Below, one piece after another: positions 12,269 to 25,413 of a stretch of 64,000 nt of DNA. The position numbers and the translations under genes are program-made. How positions within the stretch are numbered: the stretch's first letter is position 1; every line of letters starts with the position of its first letter. The stretch covers positions 5,890,001-5,954,000 of the forward strand of contig CATNEN010000007.1 of assembly GCA_950097015.1 (NCBI GenBank). The letters are read 5' to 3'. This stretch comes from Macrostomum hystrix. Lineage: Eukaryota; Animalia; Platyhelminthes. The notes under the pieces are model-generated. The model saw nothing but the letters and a program-made list of their open reading frames with translations. It was not told the DNA's origin and ran no database searches.

Positions 12269-13169
12269 CATTGGTTAAGTATAACACAAATTAATGTTAA
12301 AAATCACCTCAATATACGAATGAGAAACTTCCTAAATTTAGGAAAGTTTTAACTGTCCTACTTAAAGTAGCGAAGCGTAGTCCTATTGCTTTTAATTTTT
12401 CGTAGAATATGCTAAACTAATCAGTTTATTGACGTCGTAATCGACACGAAATTTCGCTCCGCGTGACTGACAGCTCGTCAGATCAAACAAGCAAGCAAAA
12501 TCCAAAAGCCATTTTATCTGAGAGAGAAAAATATAAAACGAGATAAAAATTTGCTGAGGACACCCAAACGGTTGCTAAGCCACCCCATCCTCCCTAGGAT
12601 AAAAAGGCTCCTGACGCCTTTGTGCCTCCGTTCTTGGGCGTGGCAGTCGGGGGTCCGCCCAGCAAGCCTGCTCTGCTGCTCACAATGGCCCTGTACTGTA
12701 TTTTTTCGTTAGCAAAAATTTGAAAAACAACCAGGAGGATTCTAGTTAGTCGGGAAAATCTTGGAGTTCTAAATTTAGAAAGACATTTGGTTGCTTTGCT
12801 TCGGTGCAAATGCGAATAAGACTAGTTTTTACACAAGAAAACACTCATTATTACTCATTGGGATACAAGCACAATAGCACCACTAAAACGGCTGTTCTTT
12901 ATTGCCGGGGTACAAAACAGTCAGTTTTGTCTATCAAGGGTTAGTACAGTACTGTGGTTGATAAACAATCTATTATCAGATGTCCAGCCAACGCACTCAA
13001 TAGTTGGTACGGCTTGTACTGAATCACTTTGAGGGTCTTCATACTCCCCGCCAATGATTTTAGCGAAATGTTGCTTAACTTGAGGAAAATATCAATACCT
13101 ATTGATTGAACTAATAAGCTTTTCAAAATGGCGAAAATCTTATTTGCAATCAGAATTTCCTATCTAGCC

Positions 13170-13560
13170 TACACTGGTCTGGATAATGGGTGTTTTGGCT
13201 GGGAGTTGTCTCTCCAGTTTCTAGATTCAGAGCTACGAGCCTACATGAAAAATCACACAAGCTCCCAGTCACTGCCTGTTCCTGCGTGGTCGACTCACTA
13301 CACTGGTCTGGGTAATGGGTGTTTTGGCTGGGAGTTGTCTCTCCAGTTTCTAGATTCAGAGCTACGAGCCTACATGACAAATCACACAAGCTCCCAGTCA
13401 CTGCCTGTTCCTGCGTGGTCGACTCACTACACTGGTCTGGGTAATGGGTGTTTTGGCTGGGAGTTGTCTCTCCAGTTTCTAGATTCAGAGCTACGAGCCT
13501 ACATGACAAATCACACAAGCTCCCAGTCACTGCCTGTTCCTGCGTGGTCGACTCACTACA
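13170..13560. repeat. 129-bp tandem repeat, 3 near-identical copies, immediately upstream of EF-hand gene 1
   Basis: Copies start near 13170, 13299 and 13428. Confidence 0.93.
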
Positions 13561-13730
13561 ATGGTCTCTTTCGCGTTTCTGTGAATGCCGAGCTCTGATT
13601 GGCTCAGCGCGTTTTCCAATTGGTTTTTAGCCGCGGGAGTAATGACTTGGAAGGGCAGCTGAGCCGTTTGCAACTGGGCGCATTGTGGGCAAAACTCTGT
13701 CGCAAAAACAAATAACTCCTAATTGAGACC

Positions 13731-15153
13731 ATGGCCTCAGACGAGGAATTGCTCATGGCGTTTAAGGCCATAGACAAGAGCAACACTGGCGTCATCAGCG
13801 CGGACGAGCTCAGAACCTACCTGTACCATAAGCGCTACAATGAGTTGTTTGTGCAGGTATACAGTCTCAACTAGGTTATAAAAATACTTCGTAAAATGTT
13901 TGATTGATCTCATTTCATCGATCTTATTTCTAGAAATATCTGCGACTCTTTGATCGCAACCATGACGGCAGGATCACACTGGAGGAGTACCGCAGCACGC
14001 TCAGCGAGATACCCAGGGCGCAGAGACAGTAAGTGCCATGAATTAGTTGCTTGCTGTCGGATTTCAGTTGCTTCTGGGCTTGAAAAGTTGAGAACATTAT
14101 GAAGGTCAGTTTGTATTATAGAGCTCTCTTACCAATCTCCATAGGATCTGTTGGTATTGTGGATCTCTCTTACCAATCTCCATAGGATCTGTTGGTATTG
14201 TGGATCTCTCTTACCAATCTCCATAGGATCTGTTGGTATTGTGGATCTCTCTTACCAATCTCCATAGGATCTGTTGGTATTGTGGATCTCTCTTACCAAT
14301 CTCCATAGGATCTGTTGGTATTGTGGATCTCTCTTAACAATCCCCATAGGATCTCTTGGTATTGTGGAGCTCTCTTACCAATCCCCATAGGATCTGTTGG
14401 TATTGTGGATCTCTCTTACCAATCTCCATAGGATCTGTTGGTATTGTGGAGCTCTCTTACCAATCCCCATAGGATCTGTTGGTATTGTGGATCTCTCTTA
14501 CCTATCCCCATAGGATCTGTTGGTATTGTGGATCTCTCTTACCAATCCCCATAGGAGATCTCTTGGTATTGTGGATCTCTCTTACCAATCCCCATAGGAT
14601 CTCTTGGTATTGTGGAGCTCTCTTACCAATCTCCATAGGATCTCTTGGTATTGTGGATCTCTCTTACCAATCCCCATAGGATCTCTTGGTATTGTGGATC
14701 TCTCTTACCAATCCCCATAGGATCTCTTGGTATTGTGGATCTCTCTTACCAATCCCCATAGGATCTGTTGGTATTGTGGATCTCTCTTACTAATCTCCAC
14801 AGTTTCTGGCTAGATACGGGCTACTGGTAGTCCACCGACGATAAATAGACAAGTAAATTTCTTGGTAGAATTAATAGTCGACACTCCATCAACGACCCCT
14901 CCCTCCCGTCGCCTACGGAGCCATTGTCTTCAGGTACAGCCAGTGGCGGCAGCTGTTTGAGAGCATCGACAAGGATGGCAACGGCTTCATCACAAAGCGG
15001 GAGCTGCAGACGGCGGTGCGCGAGATGGGAGCCGGCTCGCTGTTCCGCATGAACGACTTCGACCGATTTTTCGAACAGGGCGACTCCGACCACGACGGTC
15101 GCATGAACTATCGCGAGTTCCTGGAGTGGATGAACAAGTCTCAGGAGGCCTGA
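13731..15153 (+). CDS. Calmodulin-like 4-EF-hand calcium-binding protein, copy 1 (146 aa)
   Basis: Exons 13731-13856, 13934-14028, 14934-15153 join in frame with GT-AG sites. EF loops DKSNTGVISADE, DRNHDGRITLEE, DKDGNGFITKRE, DSDHDGRMNYRE. Confidence 0.92.
14120..14800. repeat. 41-bp intronic minisatellite GATCTCTCTTACCAATCTCCATAGGATCTGTTGGTATTGTG (~16 copies)
   Basis: In intron 2 of EF-hand copy 1. Confidence 0.95.
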
Positions 15154-16683
15154 TCTCGCGCTCGAGATTGAGGCTCCGGCCGTAGACAATAGATTCTGGG
15201 TTGAAAATTAGATGTAGTTTAAGTTAAGTGCAGCACCCATTCTGCAACCCTACCATATCACGCAGCACTTTACAACCTGTTTGTAATCAAAGCGACCGAA
15301 GCCCTATATGAAGTCTGGGTTCGAGACTCAAATAAATGTGTTTGTTGTTTAGAAGCAGCCCTCGATAGTGTGTTATTCCATGCTCTACGAGCTATGATCC
15401 CATTTGATTGTACAGCATTCGTTCCAATATCTGGCATCAGAAGGTTATAATCGTTTTTGGGAAGATATTGGGCACAAACTGCAAATATAAAAAAGCCGAG
15501 CAAGCTTATGAATGGAAAATGTCCCTGGTTTCGGAGCTCATTAAATTAGCCTTACAAAGTTTTTCTGTTCTTTAATTTTCACCATGTAACAATGTCGGCT
15601 ATCATTGTGGACTATTTAGGATTTATTAAATAGTTGATTTTTCATTTTTGAACCAATAAGGATTCGCTATTGAGGTTATGCAGTGCAATGTCAGCTGTCC
15701 TTGTCACCAGGGTCTCCGACAAGAATCATTGATTATCTTGACGATGCTGACTCGAACGGCTTTGAAATTTAGTTCATCCTATAGGGCGGGAAATTTTGAT
15801 CCATTCGCGTTCACAAAAAACGGTCATTCGGTTTGGGAGCCATTGTGAAGTAGGCAGCTTGTATGAGCTTGACACGCCTAAGCACACTGAGTGACTGTGT
15901 ATTTAGCAGCTGTTAAAAACTAACGGTGACAACAATCTTTGTTGTCTTCAATAAATCCGTCTTTCTTATGCGTCGCTCTAGAAGCTGCCGGAATGCCGTC
16001 GTCACCAGCGTCGCTTTCACGCCTAAAGTGCTTCACTGTGCACCTTTTGTCGGAGAAAGAGACGTCGGGAGTTCGAAGTTCAGCTCCAAAGCGAGACAGT
16101 TATAATTTTAACCATCATTGGCTGGGGTAAAAATTCGTGTGGCTGTGGCGGCGACACAGTCCATGGACTGAATTGCCTGCAGTATTCAGCCTTTAGAAGC
16201 ACCTGCCCACTTAGGTCTAGGTCTAGACTCAGGTGGGATAAAATAACAGGAGAAAAGTTTTCACACTCAACCTCGGATAAAGAGGCTAAGAAAATGAGTT
16301 TGTAAGAATGGAAGACTCAAATTAATTATTTTCGATCCACCGCCAGTGAGGCGATAACTAGCAGTGCTCAAAATGGTGAAAACAACATGTCGAGGTCGAT
16401 GCAGCTCCAGGTCCGGCTTTGAGCATCTCAGGCGAGAATTTTAGGCGTGCCCTTTGAGACGACTGCTCAAAAGAGTCTGGACCAGGCTGGCGGCCGGACC
16501 GGAAATTCGATCAGGTCAAAGGCGCTCCACCCCTGGGCCGCCGGGCCGCTATCGATCCCCGCGGCGCCCACTGGGAGGAGCCGGGCGCCACCCCGCCGGC
16601 CATAAATCCCCCTCACGGCAGGAAGGCAGTTCTCAGCTCTCCCTTAGTCTCAACTAGCAGCTGAAACTCGCACCAGACCAGGC

Positions 16684-17564
16684 ATGGCTACGGACGAAGA
16701 TCTGCTGATGGCGTTCAAAACCATAGACAAGTCCAAGTCCGGTGTCATCACAGCTGACGAGTTGAGGTCCTACATGTACAAGAAGCGCTACAATGAGCTG
16801 TTTGTCCAGGTAATTTTCCATTGAATCTTCAACCTAAGAAGAATAAATTGGCCTGTTAAATAATTTCCTATTATAACTTTCAGCGCTACCTCCGCCTCTT
16901 CGACCGCAACCGAGACGGCAAGATCACACTGGAGGAGTACCAGAACACGCTCAAGGAGATTCCCAAGGCGCAGAGAGAGTAAGTTTTGATGTGCTCACAT
17001 TGCTACTGCTCAGTAGTCAGCATGGAAAATAACTAAGATCGGAGTGGACAGGTCTAAGATCGGAGTGGACAAGTCTAAGATCGGAGTGGACAAGTCTAAG
17101 ATCGGAGTGGACAAGTCTAAGATCGGAGTGGACAAGTCTAAGATCGGAGTGGACAAGTCTAAGATCGGAGTGGACAAGTCTGAGATCGGAGTGGACAGGT
17201 CTGAGATCGGAGTGGACAAGTGTCAAGATCGAGTGGACAAGTGTGAAGAGCGAGTGGACAAGTCAGGGGGATGAAAGGGAGATCTGAGCTTGGCAAGTCA
17301 GCATCGCATGGCAAATGCTTCTTCCATTGATTGATGCCAACAAGGTACAGCCAGTGGCGCATTCTGTTTGAGAGCATCGACAAGGACGGCAACGGGCACA
17401 TCACCAAGAAGGAGCTACAGTCGGTGGTGCGCCAGATGGGCTCGAACACGCTGCTCAAGCTGGCCGAATTCGACCGTTTCTTTGAGCAGAGCGACTCGGA
17501 CCACAGCGGCAAAGTGAATTATCGGGAATTTCTTGAGTGGCTGGAGACCAGCCAGAATGCTTAG
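16684..17564 (+). CDS. Calmodulin-like 4-EF-hand calcium-binding protein, copy 2 (146 aa), tandem paralogue of copy 1
   Basis: Exons 16684-16809, 16884-16978, 17345-17564, with the same sizes as copy 1 (126/95/220 nt). EF loops DKSKSGVITADE, DRNRDGKITLEE, DKDGNGHITKKE, DSDHSGKVNYRE. TATA-like CATAAAT at ~16601. Confidence 0.92.
17033..17264. repeat. 21-bp intronic minisatellite CTAAGATCGGAGTGGACAAGT (~11 copies)
   Basis: In intron 2 of EF-hand copy 2. Confidence 0.93.
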
Positions 17565-17807
17565 CGGGCTGCTGTGACTCTGCCGACATGTTCAACCAGC
17601 TCTGCTATTAACCGGAATTAGTAACTTTTTTGCTCCCGCTCAGAAAATATTACAAAATCCCTTTTAGTAGGCCTATGACATTGTTAATGAAAATTATAAC
17701 AATATTGAAAGTACTTTTTCAATGGAATGGTTACGAAACACGTCTATCCGCTTATACTTGTGTGGCTGAAGATAAAGGGGCTTGGGAAGAAGTGATGGAT
17801 TTTAAGA

Positions 17808-18584
17808 TGTGTGGGATGGTTAGAGGTGTGGGATGGGTAGAGGTGTGGGATGGGTAAAGGTGTGGGATGGGTTGAGTTTGTGGGATGGGTAGAGGTGTGG
17901 GATGGGTAGAGGTGTGGGATGGGTAAAGGTGTGGGATGGGTAGAGATTTGGGATGGGTAGAGGTGTGGGATGGGTAGAGGTATGGGATGGGTAGAGATGT
18001 GGGATGGGTAGAGATGTGGGATGGGTAGAGGTGTGGGATGGGTAGAGATGTGGGATGGGTAGAGGTGTGGGATGGGTAGAGGTGTGGGATGGGTAGAGGT
18101 GTGGGATGGGTAGAGGTGTGGGATGGGTAGAGGTGTGGGATGGGTAGAGGTGTGGGATGGGTAGAGGTGTGGGATGGGTAGAGGTGTGGGATGGGTAGAG
18201 ATGTGGGATGGGTAGAGGTGTGGGATGGGTAGAGGTGTGGGATGGGTAGAGGTGTGGGATGGGTAGAGGTGTGGGATGGGTAGAGGTGTGGGATGGGTAG
18301 AGGTGTGGGATGGGTAGAGGTGTGGGATGGGTAGAGGTGTGGGATGGGTAGAGGTGTGGGATGGGTAGAGGTGTGGGATGGGTAGAGGTGTGGGATGGGT
18401 AGAGGTGTGGGATGGGTAGAGGTGTGGGATGGGTAGAGGTGTGGGATGGGTAGAGGTGTGGGATGGGTAGAGGTGTGGGATGGGTAGAGGTGTGGGATGG
18501 GTAGAGGTGTGGGATGGGTAGAGGTGTGGGATGGGTAGAGGTGTGGGATGGGTAGAGGTGTGGGATGGGTAGAGATGTGGGATG
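17808..18584. repeat. 17-bp G-rich minisatellite GGGATGGGTAGAGGTGT (~45 copies)
   Basis: Tandem units, each with two GGG runs. Confidence 0.95.
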
Positions 18585-18908
18585 AAGCAGATAAAGGAAT
18601 AATTACCCCAAAAGCCCTCAGCTGCGTGTTCCTTTTGTCTGTCTCACCTTATCACAATGGAAGGAATGAAAGTGGAGCGCGTTGAAATTTTCTAGAAAAT
18701 CTTCGCTGCGATATTAAATTCCTCTCCATCGAAAGAGTGGGAGAATTCCGTGGCGTATCCTCGAGGGACTCAAAGCCTAGTGCAGGTTGGCTGGGTCACC
18801 AAGGGGTTTAAGCAGCGAACATTGGGAATCTTGCTAAGGAGATGCTGTGAGAAAGGTGCCTGCCAGCTTGCAGCTGTTTGGCAGCGTTGTCTTGCCACCT
18901 GACTGACC

Positions 18909-19199
18909 ATGGCGGACGCATCGGCAGCGGCAGCTGGGCTTCTGCTGGCGGCTGCCGCCCTGCTGCTGCTGCTGTTGTTGTTCGCAATATTCGGTCTTCG
19001 CCTGCTGGCTGACAGACGGAGTCGGAGGCAGCGGGAGCAGCGGCGGCAGCGGGAGCAGCGGCGGCAGTGGGAGCAGCGGCGGCAGCGGTGGCGACTGTTG
19101 GCAGAGACGACACCTGTGGAAGTCGCCTGGCACATCGCGGGCAGTCCGAATTCGGTCAGTTCAAGCCATACTCGCACTTCAACAACGAAAGAAAAATAA
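18909..19199 (+). CDS. Possible small single-pass membrane or secreted peptide (96 aa)
   Basis: ACCATGG start context, long hydrophobic stretch (GLLLAAAALLLLLLLFAIFGL), then basic RQREQR repeats. No recognised homologue; could be chance in CTG/CAG-rich DNA. Confidence 0.35.
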   Translation: MADASAAAAGLLLAAAALLLLLLLFAIFGLRLLADRRSRRQREQRRQREQRRQWEQRRQRWRLLAETTPVEVAWHIAGSPNSVSSSHTRTSTTKEK

Positions 19200-20685
19200 G
19201 TCTTGCTGGACTGCAAAATACGAGTATATTCCTTTTGAATTTCCAGGAACTGCCAAGTGATGAGATCTATGAGGTATTTGAGTCAGATGCGACCGGTAGC
19301 TCTCACTCGATGGATGAGGCTCAAATACTGACTGCGCAATGAATTGAATGCATTGGACGTAGCCAGTAGTTTAAATCCCACTACCAAGTTACTATAAGAA
19401 TCATAAAAAGCATATGGATATACGAGTATATGTTTTTTTACTTTAGCACTTGAAAATATCGGGTACCAGGATGCTTTCAGTGGCAAGGCTCACTGAGTGA
19501 CGTTTTGCTTCATTTTTCCCGCACCATTTTATCTGACTCAAAACACACGTAGCGGTCCGGCATGTTGATGTCGTTCAATTTTTGCGGCCTTGTGCACAAT
19601 GTCAGGGGGTTAGTGGCAGACCTGTTTATAGTATAGTAAGACCACGGAAGTGTTTCAAATACCCACAAATTTTCCTTTTTTATGCATCTCCCAATCGCCA
19701 TGAAAACCGAGAACGTGGCCTAGCTTTTTTCTTTCTATCCGATCAAACAACTTCCAGACACACAAAACATCGGCATCGTCGAGATATTAAACGATTCTCG
19801 TCGGGGCAAAAATCCCTCAACGTAGAATTTAAGCCCATGTGGGTCAACCCCTATAGCACAATGTAACATTGCTTTGACGATGAAAAATGTAGGTCAGATG
19901 TGCACCGTTGTGTGATAGCGCGCTTAACGTTTCAGAGTGCGTGTAGCAAATGCAGCTCTTCTACCCAGCTCCGCCTGTGCCAGCTCATCCTGTGTGACTG
20001 AAAGGCTTTCACAATATTCAACTAGGGCTATATTCAGGGCTTACTAGGAGAATAACCGGCCCGCCCGGCGGAAATTCAAGGTCGAATAAGTTAACCACAA
20101 TGTCGGGCCTGCAAGCTGCGCCAGAACATGTGACAGGCGACAGAACTCAAGCTCTATGTGGAAAGAAAACGGAGATCAGCCAAATAGAAATAAGAACAAG
20201 CACTTAAACGCGTGAATGACTTCTTTCAGTTCAGAGTGTTGGAGCGCAAGCATGGAGCAGTTTTTTAAACTGCCCCGGTTTTTCTGGCTAATTTTAGACA
20301 CAAAAAGTGTCTAAAAACCCTGGCAATTTCACCCTTTCCGTGGGAGGAGGGGTAAATTTCCTTGAATATGGAAATTAATTACCTTACCTTCAGGCAATTA
20401 CCTTAATTACCTAATTACCTAACTATGCTTAAAGTTCAACTCATTCCATGATTAAATTCTTGAAGCAAAATATATGTAGCACACTTTGTTTATTAAATTT
20501 GGATGCTTTATTTAGCTGCACAAATCAAGCTCTTAAAGAGGCCATTCGTTTTCTAACTGTTAGATTAGAAAAAGGTCAGTACCTCAACAGCCTCATGAGT
20601 GAGGATTTCTTCTAGGTACAGTGAACGAAAAACTGCTTGCGTTGCATGTTATATAAAGCAAATCGTAAGGTACGCACGCAAAATT

Positions 20686-21208
20686 GGAATGCAGCTGCAG
20701 CAGTGATAGCTGGAATGCAGCTGTTGCAGTGATAGCTGGAATGCAGCTGTTGCAGTGATAGCTGGAATGCAGCTGTTGCAGTGATAGCTGGAATGCAGCT
20801 GTTGCAGTGATAGCTGGAATGCAGCTGCAGCAGTGATAGCTGGAATGCAGCTGCAGCAGTGATAGCTGGAATGCAGCTGTTGCAGTGATAGCTGGAATGC
20901 AGCTGCAGCAGTGATAGCTGGAATGCAGCTGTTGCAGTGATAGCTGGAATGCAGCTGTTGCAGTGATAGCTGGAATGCAGCTGTTGCAGTGATAGCTGGA
21001 GTGCAGCTGCAGCAGTGATAGCTGGAATGCAGCTGCAGCAGTGATAGCTGGAATGCAGCTGTTGCAGTGATAGCTGGAATGCAGCTGTTGCAGTGATAGC
21101 TGGAATGCAGCTGTTGCAGTGATAGCTGGAGTGCAGCTGCAGCAGTGATAGCTGGAGTGCAGCTGCAGCAGTGATAGCTGGAATGCAGCTGCAGCAGTGA
21201 TAGCTGGA
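20686..21208. repeat. 26-bp minisatellite GATAGCTGGAATGCAGCTGTTGCAGT (~20 copies)
   Basis: Tandem units ~0.7 kb upstream of the giant WSC gene. Confidence 0.95.
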
Positions 21209-21903
21209 AACTGATGCAAAAATCTAAACTGCAAGTCCGGTTTAAATAAAATTAAAACGCATTTTCCCACAGATCACAAAAGCGGAATGCAAAACATTTT
21301 TCCAATATCAATCGAAGCACTAACTTGTATTTTTCCACTAAGTTTACATTGTGTTGACTAGCAATGGAAATTTCCTGGAAATCGCCAGCGAGTTAATGTT
21401 AGCTCCGAGAGTTTTCTCACCCGGTAGCGCTAATGGTGACGACTATGTCAACGAAACGCAGAAAATTGACATTGCATCCGCCTCTTACTAGGCAATTGCT
21501 GCTTAAAATTCCTTTTGCGACAAGTGCCCACGGTGAAATGAGGTCGATCGCGGACCAGGTGCTGAGCAGAAACTTCTGGTCTGGGGTGGCGCTAGCGCCC
21601 TCTCCAGACGAAAGATATCTTTACTGAAGACTCCCTGGGCATGAGCAGCAGCTGCGGAGCCCGTGCAAGGATCGGCGAGAGGAAGAGGAGGGCAGTAGCA
21701 GGAGGGGAGGCAGAGTGGATGATCGCATTATCAAGCCGCAACTGCCCGAATTTTCTGCTGACCAAAAATGCTGAGGCACCACGACGCAAAGTGGACGATT
21801 TTTGCAGATCGATGGCCAGGAAATGCGGATAAATATGACTGGCCTAGACTGGTTCAAAGCCGCGCCCCTCTGACTCGGAGGAGAATCTAGAAAGCAAATC
21901 GAC

Positions 21904-24900
21904 ATGTCACCGACCATGGCTCCGGCCGGTTGGTCTCTGCTCTTAGCTCTCTGGCTGAGCTGCGCTACAGCCGGTGAGTCTCTGTTAGTTGAAGCTTTAG
22001 AGTCCCCCGAGTGACTATTGAAGCATGCTGCGGCAGTGGAGCTCCTATGTCAAGTGTGCAAAATAAGTGGCTTCTGTTTTATTTGATAAATTCGGCAGCC
22101 TTGCACCACATCTAAGGCCAGATCTAAGACACTAAACCATTGTTCAATTGTTTTAAAGTAGAATTAAAATAAACCAGAGGCGGGCAGACTTCGACGTACT
22201 TTTACTCAAACTTTGAATATTGAGGCTGCTTTAAGAATCTCCCAAAATTAGCTCAGGATTTAATTTCAAGCAAGAGACAAACATTTACGTGCTCAAACTG
22301 CTCCTTGTAGCCCACAGCTTTGAGTACAAAGGATGCTTCGCTGACAGCAGGAACCGCGACCTGCCAAAACTGGCTCAATCGTCCACCAGCATGACTGTGG
22401 AGAGGTGCAGCGCACTGTGCAGCGCCTACAGCTACTTCGGTGTGCAGTACTCAAGGGAGTGCTGGTGCGGCAACTCGTTCGGCAAGCACGGCAAGAGGCC
22501 GAACTCCGAGTGCAACATGGCCTGCAGAGGCAACTCCAGGGAGAAGTGTGGCTCCAACTGGAGGAACAATGTCTATGCGACCCGGCGGTCGAGGTCTTGT
22601 GAGTCTATTTTAGTAAATATTCTCGTACATTGTAGTTAATAATGATGCATCGCACGGTTCGAATAGTGCCATGCCGGTCATCGATATAAGAGCTTTATTC
22701 AACTGAATTAATATTGAGCCTAACTTTAAACATGATCGTGACAAACTTTCTCGAATAGTTTTGCGAATTTACTAGAAAAATTGAGAGCGAACCGAAATGC
22801 CCGGGTTTGATGAAGTTTATGCACGAAATATTTACTCTGAGCTCGAAATCTCCAGCCTGTCCCGCAGGTCGGAAGACCCTGGTTGAGTCCCGGCACACCT
22901 GCAGCTGCAAGCCTATCGCCCCTGAGACGCGACTCGGTTCGCTGATTTTCCTCATCGACATCACCGGCAGCATGCGGAGCGTGATCGCGTCCGTCAGGAG
23001 GGACATTCAGAGCATTTTGTCCTCGAACAGGAGATTCAAAAACTACATTATCGCTTCGTTCGGCGATCCCTACAAAAAGAATCTTCGCAAGACAACCAGA
23101 GCGTCGGATGTTCACTCCTTCCTCCGCTCGCTCTCAGTTGGTGGAGGCGGTGACTGTCCTGAGTACTCGCTATCCGCAGCGCTGGATGCGGCCGCGGAGG
23201 CTGACTACAACTCCGTCATGCTGATTTTCACAGACGCTTCTGCGAAGGATAAGAAGACCAAACTAGATAGTGTCAGCGCTGTGGCGAGACGCAAGCGAAT
23301 CAGAGTGTTCACCATAGCCAGCGGCAGCATGTGCGGTGGCGCTCCGGAGTACAGCCAGCTTGCGCAATCGACGGACGGAGGTGTGTCGAACATCCGATCG
23401 TCGTCTTTTGGCCAGGTGCGTTTATTTCTTTCTCAAAGTGCGAGTACTATACATCATTTCTAGTCGCGAAATTGCTGTGCAAATGCAACAGCGATCGCAT
23501 TTGTGTGTTTTAAATGTCAAGAATTTAGTTGTCCAACATTTAAAATTCAAATGAACATGCCTTTGAACTCACCAACAGCTCAAGGAGTTCCTGAAACGAG
23601 CCGTGCGGGGCAGCATGAGTTTCAGTGCTTTGCCAAAAAATTCAGTAGGATACAGAAGCGCGTTGAGAGGATGTGAGTTTGAAAATTATTCCTCCTAAGC
23701 TTCATGCCTAGGTAGAAGTCTACGGACATTTTGACCATAAGGCATATTTAATGAATTTTACAAAAATATCTGACATGATTTCAGCTTGCCGGTGCAGATC
23801 AGTGAAGCTGTATCGCTGCCAGAAGTCAGCAAGAGGTGAGACTGCGGCATTTTCGCGCTTTTGTATGCCAGCAATTAGTTAATTTAGAACCACGAAAGAC
23901 CCAGTTGGTCCAGATGTACAGCCAAGGACACAGCCGCAGGTTTGGCAGGCGTTCAGTCCATGGACTATGGACCGTCGCATCAACCTTAATTTCTACCCGA
24001 GCTTGGTATTTTACGAGTACAGCAGGACTAACTGAAGCAATTGAAAATTAGGTGTCCTCGAGAAAGACCTAAGTTATGCTTTGAATGCAGATTTTAAAGC
24101 CAAATATTTACTAGCTTTGAAGCCAAAATGAGCGTTCAGTCCTTCATTAGTTTAAACTAGGAGTATGGACGCTTGCCTGGTTTTTGCCTGAAAAGTGATG
24201 AGAATGATGTATGCGAGTTTTCTGGTTGGCACTCAATGCCAAAAATCTAAAAATCAGAAAATCAAAGCAGGACAATAAAAGGACAAATAAATATATGTCC
24301 CGTTCCAGTCTGTCCTGCCGGAACAAAGCAAGTTTCAACATCCACGCACACATGCAACTGCAGACCAACGATAGCCGACCTCAGCTTTGGCTCTCTTATT
24401 TTCCTTATCGACACGACCGGCAGCATGGGCAGGGTAATAAAGTCGGTGAAGGACAACATCAATGGCATTCTGTCTGCAAACGTCAGGTTCAGAAACTACG
24501 TAGTCGCCTCGTTTGGAGACCCTTACGTGAAAAACGTGAAGAAAACGAAGAGTGCTGCAGAAATAAAGCGGTTCCTGGAATCGCTTAGGGCTAGAGGCGG
24601 AGGCGACTGTCCGGAGTATTCCATGTCAGGCGCGCTAGACGCAGCAGGTTTGGCCGACGACAACTCTGTCATGCTTTTGTTCACTGATGCTTCAGCGAAG
24701 GATAGGAAAAAGGAAAACCAGGTAGCTAAACTAGCAAAAAGAAAACGGATCCGGGTGTTCGTCATTGCAAGCGGCAGTATGTGCGGAGGCGCGCCAGAGT
24801 ACACACGACTGGCCAAAGCAACCAACGGAGAAGTTTCCAGCATTAGGTCATCCACCTTTTTGCATGTAAGTATTCAAATTGAAAAATAAGAGATTTATGT

Positions 24901-25359
24901 CCACAGCAACCAAAATAAAAAGCAATCATCCGAACCCACAGCTCATGGAATTCCTGAGAAGAGCAGTTCGAGGAAAACTGAGCTTCAGCGCGTTTCCAAA
25001 GACAGCGAGAGGACTACGAGACGCACTCAGAGGAAGTAAGCTAACCTTTTCTATATGCGATGACGATTTGTGACGGAAATACCAACACAACAGACATTAT
25101 AGCTCGTACATACGTTGTACTTAATAATTTTCAGAATGCCGCTGCCGCAAAGAAACACACTACGCCTGTACCAAAAGGAATCCAGGTAATATTAAGAGAA
25201 AACTATCAGTAAGGGAGAGTGGAGAACTAGCAATACAAGTACTAAAAATGAAGAACTAACCAGATTTAGTGATTATTGTGAGCGAACAAAATAAATTGTA
25301 AAGAAGTTTCAGTGGCTTACATTAGGTTTTCTGTTCGATTTAGCCCGAAGAGACACAGC

Positions 25360-25413
<54 letters not shown>

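Noticed and set aside
20291-20316. Perfect hairpin TTTTAGACAC-AAAAA-GTGTCTAAAA as a Helitron or transposon end
   Set aside because: No matching terminus or target-site duplication found.
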